Assembly (NCBI GenBank): GCA_000708835.1 | Contig: DF237032.1 | Location: forward strand, 124,001 to 188,000 | DNA length: 64,000 nt | Origin: Klebsormidium nitens | Taxonomy: Eukaryota > Plantae > Klebsormidiophyceae | Reading direction: 5' to 3' | Shown: positions 49,544-63,600 of the stretch, in pieces | Layout: each line of letters starts with the position of its first letter | How positions within the stretch are numbered: the stretch's first letter is position 1 | Notes under the pieces: generated by a model | Databases searched by the model: none | Told to the model about the DNA's origin: nothing | Seen by the model: the letters and a program-made list of their open reading frames with translations, nothing else | Program-made: the position numbers and the translations under genes

Positions 49544-50454
49544 GGCGGCAATCTTCAACGGCACCCTCTCAGCAACAATCACGATAGACTCGATTTCAAG
49601 TTCTAGATTCCTTCACGAAACGAAATGCGGCAGCGCTTGGTTTGCAAGCCTGCAGCTCCCCTCAAACCCTTTCCAATGCCCGGCCAGCACTGGCAGCCAT
49701 GCGTTGGAAAGGCAGAAAGGCGCCCCTAGCCGCGCGCGGCCGCCGGGGGCCTCCAGTTTGGCGCGGCCCGGGCTGGCGGCCGCGCATATGCCACTGGCAT
49801 CCGATGTTCCAACATTTGATGCCGGATTCATGCACGGCGTAAGGGTTTGGTCACTTTGGTCTTGGGTTACTAGCTAGACACTGGTTTAGCTGACCGTGGA
49901 CCACAAACCTTGAGATGATGCAGTATATGTAGCCAGCCATAACTCTCTGTTGGTTCAATTTGAACCTCGAAAACCCATCGTCCAACTACCTACACGTACG
50001 GTACTGCAGAAGCATTCATACATTTCCAAAGCAAAGGACTGCTCTTGCCAGGCCACTCAACATACCCGGCACTTCTATCATTGCTGGTTACATGAACGTT
50101 GGGTCATTTGCAAGATCATGCTTGGCAACACTTTGAACCATGAAAGGACTGTCAAATGAGCCCTGGCAAGGTCCCGGCAAGGTGGGCAAGGCGGGCGACC
50201 GAGAAGCCTGATTAACACACATCAATGACGCAGCTCAAATCCTTTATTCCCTTCTCAGTCCTATGCTTGGATTATTGACCCGCATCTGTGGTTAGAGCAT
50301 ACGTATGTATGTACAAGGTATGTAGTGGTGGCTAGCTACGAGCCTGACTGGATGTTGTACCAACTCTCAAAACTCTCAAGACGTTCCAACGCAACAAGAG
50401 GCACAAGATCTAGCCGAGCTTGAAAGTTCCCAACGCGTGCACCCACACATGACG

Positions 50455-53400
50455 TCAGTCATCTCCAAGATCAATCAAGATCCGTGGGCGCTTCTCTGGG
50501 GGGTGCGACGAGGTGGCCGCATTGTTGGGGAGAGTGCGGGCATTGGTTTCCCTTTCTTTCAGGACGTGACCCTGAGGAGTCGAACCCTGCATCATCAGGC
50601 CGCCCACATCAGCAATTTGAACGGCTTGAAATAACGCGGTAAGTATAAGGGCTCGGGCAAAGGGATTGCGCATGTCCTCATCTTGTAGCCGCAGGCTTCC
50701 TCTACAGACAAGGTGCTTTGGTCACGGACAAGATCGCTCTGAAATTGTTCACAGATGGAGACTTAGAGGGGATGATCGAGAATGAGAACGAGTGCGGGGC
50801 TCGTAGGTGCTCATCGAAAAAACGACTCTTGTAGCACTCGAATTCCTTCAGGCCCTCAGGGTAGCATTTATATATATGTACTCCTACTGTCAAACTCAAC
50901 ATCCTTGACAACAAGGGAAACCAATCCGTACATGAACGTCATTCCTGCGTACCGCCTTACTTTTTGTTGCGCGCTCGGCTTCCTTCTAGTTGGCCAGATG
51001 ATGAGCGCTACCTGATGGTACCACCGCTCCATGGTGCAGCCAGCGTTCCCGGTCGCTTCCTGGACCTTGCCGTTCGTCCACTCAAGGCCGTCGCATTCGA
51101 GATAGTCTTCCGGAAGCAACTCTGCATCACGGCGGCCATGATTCGGAGATCAGCCGTGAACTGGCAAGGAGCTCTTCTCGTATAGAATAATGAGGCGTGA
51201 AGTCCCACCTTGAGATTGTGGCTCCACGCACCAATTTCCAAGGTCGAGAGGTCTTAACTTTTCGTGACCGAGCGTACGGTACAAGAGCGATGAAGCCAAT
51301 AGGGTCTAAGTCAGCGCCTGACATCACACCAAAGGAGCGGCTTAATCAGATCCCTGCGGATCTTTTCAGGTCGCAAAGGATTGTTGCGCCTCTTTAAGTA
51401 CGGAACGGGTTCCTTACCCGACTCGTCGAACGTGAAGTCAGGAACTCGGTCGTCTTCGGATGGCGCCACGATGTTCGTGAGCTCCGTTTCCGAATCCTCG
51501 ACGTCTACCAGACAGCCTTCGTCATCTCCGTAATGAACTTCGGCAGGCCCGCTTTCCGTCTTCTTGAGCATTCCCAGGTAGCACTGGATCCTGATACCTT
51601 GGGGGGCCTGAAAAGAACCAGAGAAAGTCTCAGCTGTTGGATACGAAGCGTCTAAAGCACGAGTTTCGATTCACCTGCGGAACGCTCTCGAGATTGCCGG
51701 CATTTTGTGCGGGTTTCTCGTAATATTGAAGCCGGAATGGGGGGCCAACCGAATATGGGCTTTCATCTGACTGTTGCAAGGCTTCGGACATGCTTCCATG
51801 GAAAAGATTAAGAAGCTGATTGAAGATTGACCTGAGGTGCGTTTTAAAACCGGTATAGATGCATCCACGAAGCTTTATGAAATGTTCAAGGACCGTCTCA
51901 AACATATGCAGACCCCACCTTCACGGCAGCCTGCCGCAGGACATCCGCCGCCGCGCAGTCCTTGCCCTTCAGCTTGTCGAAGGAGAAGCTCTGCTCACAA
52001 TACTGGTGCTCCAGGGGAATCACCAGCTTCTGAGGGGCATCGGGATCTTGAAGCCAGGCAGTGATAGCTTTGAGGATCTTCTGGACGCTCCGACTGTTGT
52101 CTGCTGGCGTCAGACTTCGCATGGGACCTTGTCCGATCAGATTATAGACAAGGGCTAGTCGGTACCCCTCTCGCACGGGCAGGATCTCATGCTCACAGTC
52201 AGCGTAGAACGAGGCATAGAACATGTTGAAGAGGCCCTGGCTTCCGAAGTCGAATCTTTCCTCATTGCCCGCGTGCCGCACCAGAAGCTCTCCTGCAAAA
52301 AGAGTCGGAAGTGATTGGCTCATGCACAAAGCTAATTGACCGCTCACAAGATTCCGAAATTCGAGTAAAGGTGATAGACAGAACTCTTGAGGAGCCCTTT
52401 GATCCTCTACGAGGCTTCTCATTGTAGGCAACTTTGTTGGTACGTCAGATGCCTGATATCGCATTGAGCTTTCAGAAAATTTCGTCAATAAGTGCTTCAA
52501 GACCATCTCAGAGGGGCTACCGCTCCACTGGAGAAGTTTTGATTTGTGCGTTGCCATGTAACACGGAGGGCCCAGCAGTAAGACGGGCTTGACAGTACTT
52601 ACACTTTGGCCATTTGCCGTACTCTGCAACCATCGTGATCGAAGCCATTCTTGCTGCAGCGACAGTTTTCCACCAGAGTATGAGCGCATTAAGGACTTTA
52701 TATATTTGAGACAAGCCAGAAAGCCTATCCTGACAATCAACGGCCTTTAGAAGTTCTACTTACCTCCAGCATGAGGGGACGGAAGAACTATGACCAGGGT
52801 TGCAAACATCCCTGCCGCTTTCTCTGTATCCCTGTGCGGGGTGAAGCGGCCGCCAACCTCGTAAAGTAGGAGCTTATAGAGTTCCGGCACAACTTTCAGA
52901 TTTTCAGGCAGGCCCAACCGCTTGCGCAATTCGCCGTTGGCCAACCGGTCAACCATCAGGTGCCACTCAGGATTTCTAAGGACAATCTGCTTCGGTCCCA
53001 GCTGTAAGCATTTCCGGACATTCTCATCGTATATGGTGGCCTCCCTGCAACAAGAAGAAACATGAGTAGAGACTCTTTAAAGTGGACAAATGTTTTGGAA
53101 CTCGGGATCCAAGCTGCCTGTCTAATATTTAGCTAGGAAACAGGTAAGCAAGTGCCAGTCGCCGCCCTGTCAGAGGCTGATTGCTGTTGGTCTTTCTCTG
53201 CTTTCAAGTGGGTTTTTTGAAAAGAAGTGCACTCAATAAAGATTCCACATGATGCTGAGAAGAACTACTTATGCTGAACAACGGGTTTTTTGGCTGATTG
53301 ACCTTGGAAAGATTTTTATGAAAGAACAACAGATTCAAAAGGGGCACTCTGTCACTCCGATTCAAAAGCTATCCAGGACATACGACATGTGACATGTAGC

Positions 53401-53680
53401 TTATGCTCATGAGGAGGTTTTCGAAGATTCCAACTTTTCAAAGCGGTGGTGGTTGCGCTTACTTGCGCCCAAAGGGAGCAGCATTGCAAATGCTCGCCAG
53501 TTCCTTTGCCTGAGAGGGCAGAAGCGGCAGCGCCACTTGGCCCCCACCTCCCAATGCAGGGACGCAAAGGCCTGGCAAGCATGTCTTAAGGATGCCACCA
53601 GCTGCATAACTCCCCGAACGCGGTATGCTTTTCAGAGCACTCAGCAGTTGAGCTCTGTAGGTATTTTCTTCCTGCGCCAT
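50455..53680 (-). CDS. 2-oxoglutarate/Fe(II)-dependent dioxygenase (P4H-like fold), about 6 exons
   Basis: LPLLPSQAKEL...APFGRK; LYKLLLYEVGGRFTPHRDTEK (HxD); MFATLVIVLPSPHAGG; FYADCEHEILPVREGYRLALVYNL (distal His, Arg); EATGNAGCTMERWYHQVALIIWP. The last exon (50589-50455) is tentative. Confidence 0.85.
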
Positions 53681-54607
53681 GGCTCAGCCAGAGAAGCCTG
53701 GAGAGGCAAGAGGGCCAGAAGGTTCAGCGCAAGCGTCAAGAGCGACGTGGCACTGCGATGAATGCAAGAGATGCACTGTGTAGATCTTTTCGCGCAAGAA
53801 AACGCTGCGCCAAGCGGCCGATCTATCTTCCTATCGGTTTGCAATTGGCATGTGCCGAAGTGAAGGCGGATACGAATTCCGAATGTTCTATTAAACTTCT
53901 GACCATGTCAACCAGTCAGGTAGAGCTATTAGGTAGGTATCAAGCAGGCGTAGGATAGGTAGGATACCTAGCGTACGCAAAGCCTGCGCAAAGCGTTCAA
54001 ATTCATACCTACAGAAAGGGCGCCAGTGCGATCCAATCAGGGCCCGCTGTCGTTGCCAAGGTGGCAGCTTCCGGAACCGTACGATTGGCTTGGACTGGTA
54101 CACATGTGCGCGAGCGAGAACGACCAGTCCTTCCCCCCGCGCGTATCAATATCATGCACAGAAGCTTGGTCAACAAGTTCAAGTGAGCTGCGCATTGGCA
54201 TGGCTTTAGCTCTGCAGCTTGCAGCAGGCAGCGAGTCTCCTTCTGCAGCTGGCATGCTAGTTAGCTGTGGTTTTCGCTCGAAAATGCTTGAGTACCCTGA
54301 ATTAATCATGCAGGGCCGTCCAGCGAGTCTGCTGACCATCGCACTTTTGTTCCTCCAGAGGCAACATATCTAGCAAAGGGAGCGGCAGCTGGCCATTTGT
54401 GCAGTCTTGCAAATGGGTTCAGTTTCAGGAGTTAGCCGTGGCAACTAGAGAGTGGTGAGTAAGGTCATCTTGAGCTGCGACTGTATCTGGAATAGGATGC
54501 ATAAGCCGCAGCTCGCTGACAAAACGCTCAAGGTTTGACCAGTGAACTGCTGCACTAATTGGGCTTACCTTTATACATGAGGACGTGCGCAGAGCTTCCT
54601 CGGCACA

Positions 54608-57600
54608 ATGCTTCGGAGAAAGTCAGCGCGGCTTGAAGGCCCAAGCAAGGTATGCACAAAGGGCGGTTTAAGGGACCGCCCTTAAACCGATGGTTACACT
54701 CAGCATTGCATCATCGTTGGCCCTGTGATCCCACCATGCAAAGCAAAGCGACCTATTGTTCTGCAGTGCATTGGCTAGAGCGTGTCTTGTCTCTTGGTTT
54801 CCAAATTCTGATTTCCTTTCCCCCTTCACAGCTTGAGCTGCGGCAAGTGATTGGCCACACAGCTAGCAATGGCAACGGGCTGGCCTCCTGCCCCGCCAAT
54901 GAGGACGTGGCATATGCTGCCGGCTGTGTGGTTGTTGTCTACAATGCTGCAAACAACAGCCAGACGTCCTTCTACACGAGCTCCAAAGCGAACAAGGCGA
55001 TCGCAAGCGTGGCCTACTCACAGTCAGGGAGGTTCCTGGCAGCTGGCGAGGTAAGGGAACTCTTCGTATTGAGTAACATACGCGATGCTGTCGGAACTCA
55101 AGTAGCGCTCAATCCGTCTGAGCGCACAATTTCGTTTGAAGCCAGAGGGAACACTGCCTGAAGCAGACGCGCTTGCCCGCTCGCTTAACTACAGCTGTGA
55201 AGTGCATGTAGCATGATCATCTGCCAACTTAGCACTGGTTGGCTCTCGAACAACGACTTTGCTGAAACTGGTGAAGACACGGTGAGACAGCATTCTACCA
55301 TCAGGGGCTGTCAATGACTGTCAACTACAGTCATTGACAGCCCTGTTTGAGTGAGGCAAGCTAAGTGCCGTGCAACAACTTGGTTACAACCGCCTGTCGG
55401 GTGTGCCTTTCACCTTCTTCCGCACCTCAGTTGCGCACCCCTCAGCTCTCAAAACCAGCGGGTAGACAGAAGGGTTTGGGTAACTCACATCGTTTAGGAC
55501 ACAAGATCATCCAATCTTGCAGGCAGGCCACCAGCCTGGAGTCCTCGTCTGGGACACCACGACAAAGGCCTGCGTCGCAGAACTCAAGGGGCACCGCTAT
55601 GGCATTGCCTGCCTCAGCTTTTCCCCCCCTGGAAAGCATCTCGTCTCCGTCGGCGCCCCCCACGACGGCCAAATCTGCATCTGGGACTGGAAGAACGGGG
55701 TGCTCCTGGCAAAAGTGCGTGCGGCAGCGGCTGCAGCACCGATCTCCACGCTTGCGTTCTCTGCTGACGGGGCATTCTTTGCTACTGGGGGGGTCAAGCA
55801 CGTGAAATGCTGGCCGGTGGGGGGGGTAGCCTGTCAACGCCTGAAGTCTGCTCCAGGCGGGGGGTTGGAGAGCCGGGCGGTGGCGCTGGGGGCGCAGAAG
55901 GAGGCGGACATTGTGAGCTTAGCAGCAGGTCCGAGTCCAAACTCTCCCGGGGGGAAAGTGATAGAGGAAAATGGAACAATGTACGGAGTCACCGCCCCCG
56001 GCATTCTGTGTCTGCTGCGGGGGGGAAAGGCGCTTGAGAAATGGGTGGATCTGAAAGTGCAGGCGGCCTTTTGTGTCAAAGTATCCAAGCAGTACTGCGC
56101 ATGCGCATGCGCCGGGGGGGTTGTCCGGCTGTTTGCGGTGAACACGCTCACCTACGTTGCCACGTTGCCGAAACCCGTTGCTCTCAAGTATCATCTTGCG
56201 GGAGGAAACGCGCAACCGTCAGCACCGGAGGCGTTCCCGGACGCCGTTGGGTGCTCGTATATCGGAGAGAACAAGCTGGGTGAGAATACGACCCGTCTGA
56301 ATTGATCCTCTTTTCAACGTCCGCCGTCGCTTGCTCTAGCATCGCTCAATAGCTCTAGGTTGGTTGCGAAGATTCCCAGAGACTTTCGCCGTTGAAATCA
56401 CAGTTTGAAATGCGTAAAGGCATGCTCTGCCGGCTGTGCTGCGAGATTTAGCTGCTGATCTATGCGTGATCTCAGGAGAGGCAGCAGCATGGCTTGCATC
56501 CGACGTATTGCGAATCAGGCGGTTGTTGTCGAAGAGAGTGGACGTTGACTAAGCACTGACGACTTCTGACTTGTGATCTTCCGTTCGCCAAATCTTACAC
56601 ACGTCTGAAAGTCACTCCGTCTCTGTGGAAGATATGAAGTTCGTTGGATGTTCGAATCCAACCTGAAACTATCTTTTGACCATTCCATTATTGCAATCAA
56701 ACCTCCGTTCCCGAGTGTCGAAAACCCCCTTTTCCATGCCGGCAGCCGTGGTCTACTCCGACCACAGCCTCTACATTTGGGACCTGTCCACCGTTTCCCA
56801 CATCACGCTCGTACGCTGCTTCCACGGTCACGGGGCTTGCATCTGGGACGTCGCCAGTCTGCCACAAAGCGCTCCAACACAGCCCGGGGAACGCTCCCCC
56901 GGGCTCGCGACGTGCTCGGCGGACGGGAGCATTCGTCTTTGGAATTTGGAGGAGCGGGGGGGGCAAGGGGGTGCGTTGGTGCCGGGGTGTCAGGTAAGGG
57001 AGTCAAGCGGTGGATTTTGAGTTTGGGTTCGTTCTGGGCGTCTGCCATTGGTGTGTGCATTTCGTGAGCGACGATGCGGGATCAGAATTTGACCAGGGCT
57101 CCCTTGGTAAGTGTACGGGCAAGCGGGAAGTCCGGTGAACGTTTTAAAGGAGCGAGAAGGTCAGCTTCCAAAGATTCACGAAGCTTGACTATCGAAGCTC
57201 GACGTTTTTCCAGCACACGGTGACTCTTTTTCAAAGTCACTTGAAACAGCTCGGTAACACATAGAAGTGACACTGTTCTCTCTAAAAGCTCTCTCGTATG
57301 CTTCTGCTTTCTCGTTGTCCAACGGTGCGCACGCCCACTTGATCAGTGGCAAAATAAGCATTGTCAAGCCGCCTCGATTCTTACAAGCGGCGTTTCTGCT
57401 ACAGGAGCTCCTCGGCGCCTTCCACCTGGACGGCCCCGCCGTTCTGTCCGCCGGGGACGCCGTCCGTCCGTCCGGGTTCCGCTCCCTGGCAGCCCGGCCG
57501 GACGGGCGCCACGTAGCGGCTGGAGACCGGAACGGAAACCTGCGCGTGTATGATCTGGAGACCGGAAAGCTAGTGAGCTTCCAGGAAGCCCACGACTCCG

Positions 57601-60600
57601 AGATACTGACGCTCAACTATCTCGAGAGCAGCTCCGGGGGCCAGAACGACGGCAGCTTGCTCGCGTCGGGGGGAAGGGACCGGCTGATCCACCTGTATGA
57701 CGTCAGCAGGTACGGGCTTACGTCTTTCAAAGGGAGTCCTCTTCGCTGGTTACGACGCCAGGCGTTATGAATCGTGGGTGTTACACTTGAGACGTAGCAT
57801 GCTGCGCTGTTGTGCTGTTCTCAGTGGAGGTCTTCTTCAACGTGAGAAACTTCAGAAACCCATCTCGCCTTCTGACAAGGCCCACAAGCAGATCCGCCCG
57901 CTGCTTGTGCGCGCCTCTGCCAGAAAAGGATTATTTAAATTCACCGTATGCGTTTTAAGGACTTGCGAATGCAACAGCTGTGGATACCCGGTCTTGTCCC
58001 CCGAGAAGAGGGAAGAACTTTCGTTGCAGAAAGCGGGTCCATGCAGCCCTTTTTATTAACCGTCGCCTACTTTTTTCAGGAACTATGACGTCATCGAGAC
58101 GCTGGACGACCACTCCGCGTCCATAACGGCCGTCCGCTTCGCATCCGACGGCTCCCGCCTGCTCAGCTGCAGCGCCGACAAGTCCATCGTCTTCCGGTCA
58201 CTTTCGCCGGGCGCTTCCGGGGTCAAGTCCATACGCTATCACCAGGAAGTTGCCTCACGGGGAAGCTTATACGATTTGGACGTGGACCCGGGGGATAAGC
58301 TGGTGGTGACGGCCGGGCAGGAGAAACGGCTGACGTTGTACAGTCTGGCGACAGGCAAACCGGTGCGGAGCTTCCGACCGGACAGTGACGCCGGGGAGCC
58401 GATCAAGGTGCGTTTACCAAGGCTCGATACGCCAGCAACGATTTTCCATCAAGAGGACGGCAGACTTTTGCATGGTGGTATAGCGAGAACTCTGCGTTGG
58501 TGATTTTATGGAGTAATGTAAGGAAAACATCGCGTCAAGTATGAGTTGTCAAGAGAACCAAGGATTGGTTGTGATGAGCCGTGATCGCACGCTCCTGTGA
58601 TTCCGTTTCTGTTGGGCTGCTTGGCTGGCATGGAAATAAGTTACAGAAAGCCGTTTTTGTCCAACCCGTCAGTATATTGGTATATCCAGCGCTTTCCAGT
58701 ACAGAAAATTATACGAACGACTCAAGGCTAAAACTCCTCATTATCTGGGTTAGTAAGCTGCATCGGTGCGGGCGAAAATCACAGATTGGGCTTGCCCTCC
58801 AAAAACCCCGATATCCCAAAACCCTATGAATCTAAAAACTGAAATCTAACCTTCCTCAACCGGTCTCCTGCAGGTGAAGATGGACCCCGGGGGAGTCTCC
58901 CTTCTGTGCAGCCACTCCGACAAGTCCATCCGTATCTTCGACGTCCAGTCGGGCGACCTCCTCGCGAAAGGCACCGGCCACTCGGAGGTCTGTACCGGGC
59001 TCGTCCTCAGCCCCTCGTGCGCCCAGCTCATATCCGTAAGCGGCGACAGCTGTATCTTCGTCTGGCAACTGCCCGGAGATCTCACCCGGGCGATCCGCCG
59101 GAAGGCGGCCGCGTTCGCGCGCCCATCGGCACCCCCCCTGCCCCCATCGCTTATGCCCATTCCCCCGGATACGAGCTCGGTTGCGGTGGGAAAGCCGTCG
59201 GTTGAAAAGCCGGGGGCGGAAGCCCCGTTCACTTTCCCGGTTCCAGCGGAAGTTCTTGCGGAAGCGCGGCCGGCGGTTGGGGAGGAAGAGGCTGACGTGG
59301 AGGATGACGTCAGCGCCATCGATTTCAAGATGAGCGTGTCGAAGCTGCCGTCGTGGGCGCGGCCGCAGGGCGCGGCGGGCGCGGCCGCGGGCGGCAGGGG
59401 CGGTCAGCGCCCGGTCGTGGTGCCCGGGGAATCGAGATGGGCTCAGGTACGTCGGCGCCCGCTCTAGTTGCTTCTCGCTTCGTCATTTTGATTTCTCCTC
59501 TGAGCGAGCTGATGTCTTAAGACGGCGCAGACTTCGATGCGGGGATGGTTCTCCCACTCGAAAGCTGAGGCAGATAATTCAGAAGCACCGCGAAAACGAG
59601 CGCTCTCTTCCCAGGTTCCTCTGAATCTCCTCGCTTTTGACTCGCGCAGTACTTCCGTGAAAGCGCTCACTGCAAAAGAACAGACTTTGCGCTCGAATCA
59701 AAACAAGCCTCACGCAGGTATATGGTGCTGCAAATTTCTTCAGTCCCTTCGGCTACCAATTCAACAAAATTTTCTTGCTCATTCCCGCAGCGCATTGGTC
59801 AAAAGGGATACCGGCTCTTCTCAGAGGGCGCCGAAGACAGCAACTGCCCAGGGAGTTCTACCGTGCGCACAACGCTGTTTCCGAAAGCAATTCCAATAAT
59901 TTTCCTCCGCTCGCAGCGCATTGGACAAGAGGGTTACCGGCTCTTCTCAGAGGGCGGCGAAGACCCCAACGGTCCGGGGGGTTCTACCGTGCGCGCGAGC
60001 GGGTTTGGCCAGAGCCGAAAGTTCACCACGGAAAAGACCGCCGGGCCCGCTCTGATGGAGAGCTTCAGCGAGAACGACGCGGAATCCGGCTTACGTCGGC
60101 ACAGCTCGGATGGCGTCAGCGACGCGGCCGCGTATCCCGGCCGCGGGGCGCGGCGCGCGAGCGAGGGGGACGGGACGAGCTACATTCTGGAAGGTGCTTC
60201 GAGAGGTGGGGTTCAGAGGACGGGCGGAGAGAAGGGGGGGGAGAGAGAGGAAAAAGAAGAAGGAGAGTACAGCTCTGACAGCGACTTTGACGAAGAGGAA
60301 TCCCCTAAAACTCAGGAGAAGGAAGACTCGGAATCGGAGAAGATAAAGAGAGTGGATAGAGTGACGGGAGCTGAAATGGCAAACGGCGGTGTGAACGGGC
60401 TCGAGGTAGGTGTAAACGGGACTGGGGCTGGTGTGAATGTCCCCGAGGGCAGTGCGAATGGGCCGGATAATGGTGTGAACGGGCCGGAGGCGTGGGACGA
60501 CGGCGATGAGGTGGAGTTGGGAGAGGAGATGGAGGACAGTCCGCGGACGGACCTGTTTGCGGACCACTTCGACAGCCTCAAGCGGCAGACTCCGGTGAGC

Positions 60601-63600
60601 GCTTCGAAAGCTTTCCAGGAATCTCTAGGAAAGTACGTTAATTTGAGCCCTGCGTCGACTAATTTGTACCAAGTATATATCAAACGCGTCACGACGTGGG
60701 ACGTTGAATCGCCTCATCGTGAACGCGTCGTCTGCAGGATCCTGAATTCAAAGTGTAGCGAGAATCGTTGTAGTGCTCGTAGGTGTGGTTCTCGTAGGAG
60801 AACTTTCTCACATCGGGTCTTTCACCGTTCTTTGCCGTCAAAGATCCTAGCCACGTGAGCTTCTGCGCCTTCACCCAAAACGGAGTTCTCGCGGGCTCCG
60901 GCGAGGGGGCTTGTATATTGCTGGCAAGGGGCCCCTGCATGTGCCCAAGAAAACGCCTTTTTTAAGAAAAAGGATGGAAGTTACTTCAGCCAACCATTAC
61001 CTTCTCCCGCTTCCGCTTCGTGAACCTTTTTCTGGGATTGTCACAGGGGAATCAACTCACGCTCATCTATCCCCCTCAGGTTGACACAAATCGTCAGAGC
61101 CTCTCCGCCCGCTTCTTCGCCCGCCTCAGCCTCAGCCCGCCACCCCCCTCCGACGCCCCCGCATCGGACCCCCCCGAGAGCCCGTCCGCCGGCGTCCAGA
61201 TCGACCTCTCCGCGGACGATGACGACAGCCTGACGTCACAGCGCGAGCGCCTGAAGCAGCGCGACCGCGCGAGCCGCATGGCGGCCGAGGTCGCGCGCCT
61301 GCGCGCGCGCATGTCCGGCCTCGGCATCGCCGTCCTGCCGCGGCAACCGGCGGACGCCGCGGTGATGTCACCTCCCGCGTCACTACCGGCTGATGTGACG
61401 TCATCCTCCGGAGGCGAAGTTCAGGCTTTGAGCGGCGGCGGAGGGACGGACAGTGGGGCGTCGCAGAAACTAGAAGTGGGAGCTTGGATGGTATCTGACC
61501 GGGCGGGAAAAGCGGTTACTCCCCCGGGGACTCTGGACGAGGCGACACGCAATTCTTCCTTCCAGGGGGGTACAGCCAGCGCAGAAGACTCCGGTATTGC
61601 GACCCCCCCGCGAGAAGCATCTTCGCAATTGGAGGGGAGCAGCAATAAGGGACCGGAAGCTGGCGTCTTGCCTCACGCTTCGAGAACTAGAGGTGGGGAA
61701 ACTAGAGGTGGGGAAGAAACCGCGGAAACTGTTCCCCCTCGGCGACTGAGCCCCTGGGCTGCGCGCACCAACCCGCTCTTCGATTCGGAACACGCCAGGG
61801 GGGAAAGCCCACCAGGCCCGGTACCCCCCCTCAACGCGGCCGCGCGCCTCGGCACCGCGGCCGGCTCCGAAACCCCAAACCCTGAGGCCCTGGAAGGCGC
61901 TGACGAAGATGAAGCGTCCCCTTGTGACGAAGAGGTCAGGAGGAGGAGCCACTTGTCGCCTCGCGACGGCGGCCACGTGTCCCCGGGGACCCCTCCCCCC
62001 GAGCGGTCGCAGTCCCCCGACCTGGATCACGAGCGGAACCAACGGACGGAACCCCCCTCGGAGCCGCTCATTCTGGACCACACGAAAAGGAACAACACTA
62101 CCCGGACAGCCTTAGATGCTCGGTTTGGATCGCCGAGCTTGGCCGAAGGCATCCCGACCCTTCCTATGGCTGGCCAGAAAGTAGACCGGGAAATTTCACC
62201 CGCTCTGTCGACTGAGTTGTCCTTTCCCCGGTTGTTAGAAGCGGGGAGTGAGCCATCTCCTCGCTTGGCTTCTCCGAAGGCGGAAGTGTCTGACTCAGAA
62301 GACGACGCCGAAGAGTTGCAAACGGTGGCTCTTTCCGGGGAGGCACTTAGGGTGGCATCCAAGGACTTTGAAGAGCCCAATGAAAATAAGAAAACGATTG
62401 CGGCAGACGGTTATGAAGGAGCGGTGGCTTATAAGACTAGAGGATCGGGTGGAGAGGATGCAAACGATGATATCCAGAGAGTTCCGCAACGAAAAACATC
62501 AGGCGAGGAAGCGCAGAAAGTCGAGAGTAGAGCTGCATCTGACGCAGGTATCGCTCCGCGCTTTGCGCTCGCGGAAGGTCACTCCCTCGGTGATCTTGCC
62601 TCCGTGTCGAGCGAAGACACGGCTGAAAGAGAAGCCGAACGAACGGCTGCAGATGGCCCGGAGCGAACGGATCGAACGGCTGTGGACGCTTCCGAATCAG
62701 CCGACGCTTGCGGCGGACAGAAGACAGTACCGTCCGAAGCACGAACGGAACGCAGCGGAGATGCGGATGTATGGAGCGGTGCCCCAGAAGCTAGAGAACC
62801 GGTGCAGTCACTTAGGAACAACCGGGGGCCTTCCGCGCTTGGATCCGTCGACGAAGACTTGGAGACGGTGCAGTCGGACGGGCCGGAGAGCTTGCCCCAA
62901 CTGCAAAGCCAAGGTGGGATGCAGTCTCTTGTTACTGCGCAACGTTTTCTGCATTCCTCCATGCACCCAGGAGCGTTAGATTGAGCCATCACAGGGCCAC
63001 TGTACCTCATCTCAGCGCAGACTATTGCGCTTCTATGGATTTACCACTCATCCGATGCGGCTGAACGTTTCCTGGCCTGTTCTGATGAGGTGATGTGTCA
63101 AAATCCTGCTAATGGCAGGGGAAGACTTATCGACGGCTGACCCGAAACAGAAGCATCAGACAGAATGTACACCAACGGGGAAGTGCGGCACTCTTGAACT
63201 TTTAGGATACTCTACGCCGGTGGACATGTGTACAATCAATCAAGCCCTCTCGGACGTGATTTCTTTCGTGGGTGCTCGCGACAAAGCTTGCGTAATATTG
63301 TACAATGCTTGAACATGATGTCAACTGGCTTGATCAAGACAGAAACTCGTAGAGATTCACACCAGCTGTTCCCACTCTCGGCAGGCTTCGCGCCCCGGGC
63401 CCCTTCCCCGGACGCCCCTCTCCGGCCGCCCCTCCCCGTCACGGAGTCGGTGGAGCTCCCCCGCCCGACGGAAGAATACCACTCCGCGCTGCGCGCGCTC
63501 GTCGACGCGGCCGACCGCGCGTCGCTCCTGTTTGAGGAGCTCAAGGCCTTCAAGGTGGGCGTCCAAATCTTGGTACCCCTCTCCCCGCCTGTCAGTCAAT

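Noticed and set aside
62248-62979. 243-aa overlapping plus-strand ORF in another frame
   Set aside because: Alternative frame of the long GC-rich WD40-gene exon; no independent start or splice support.
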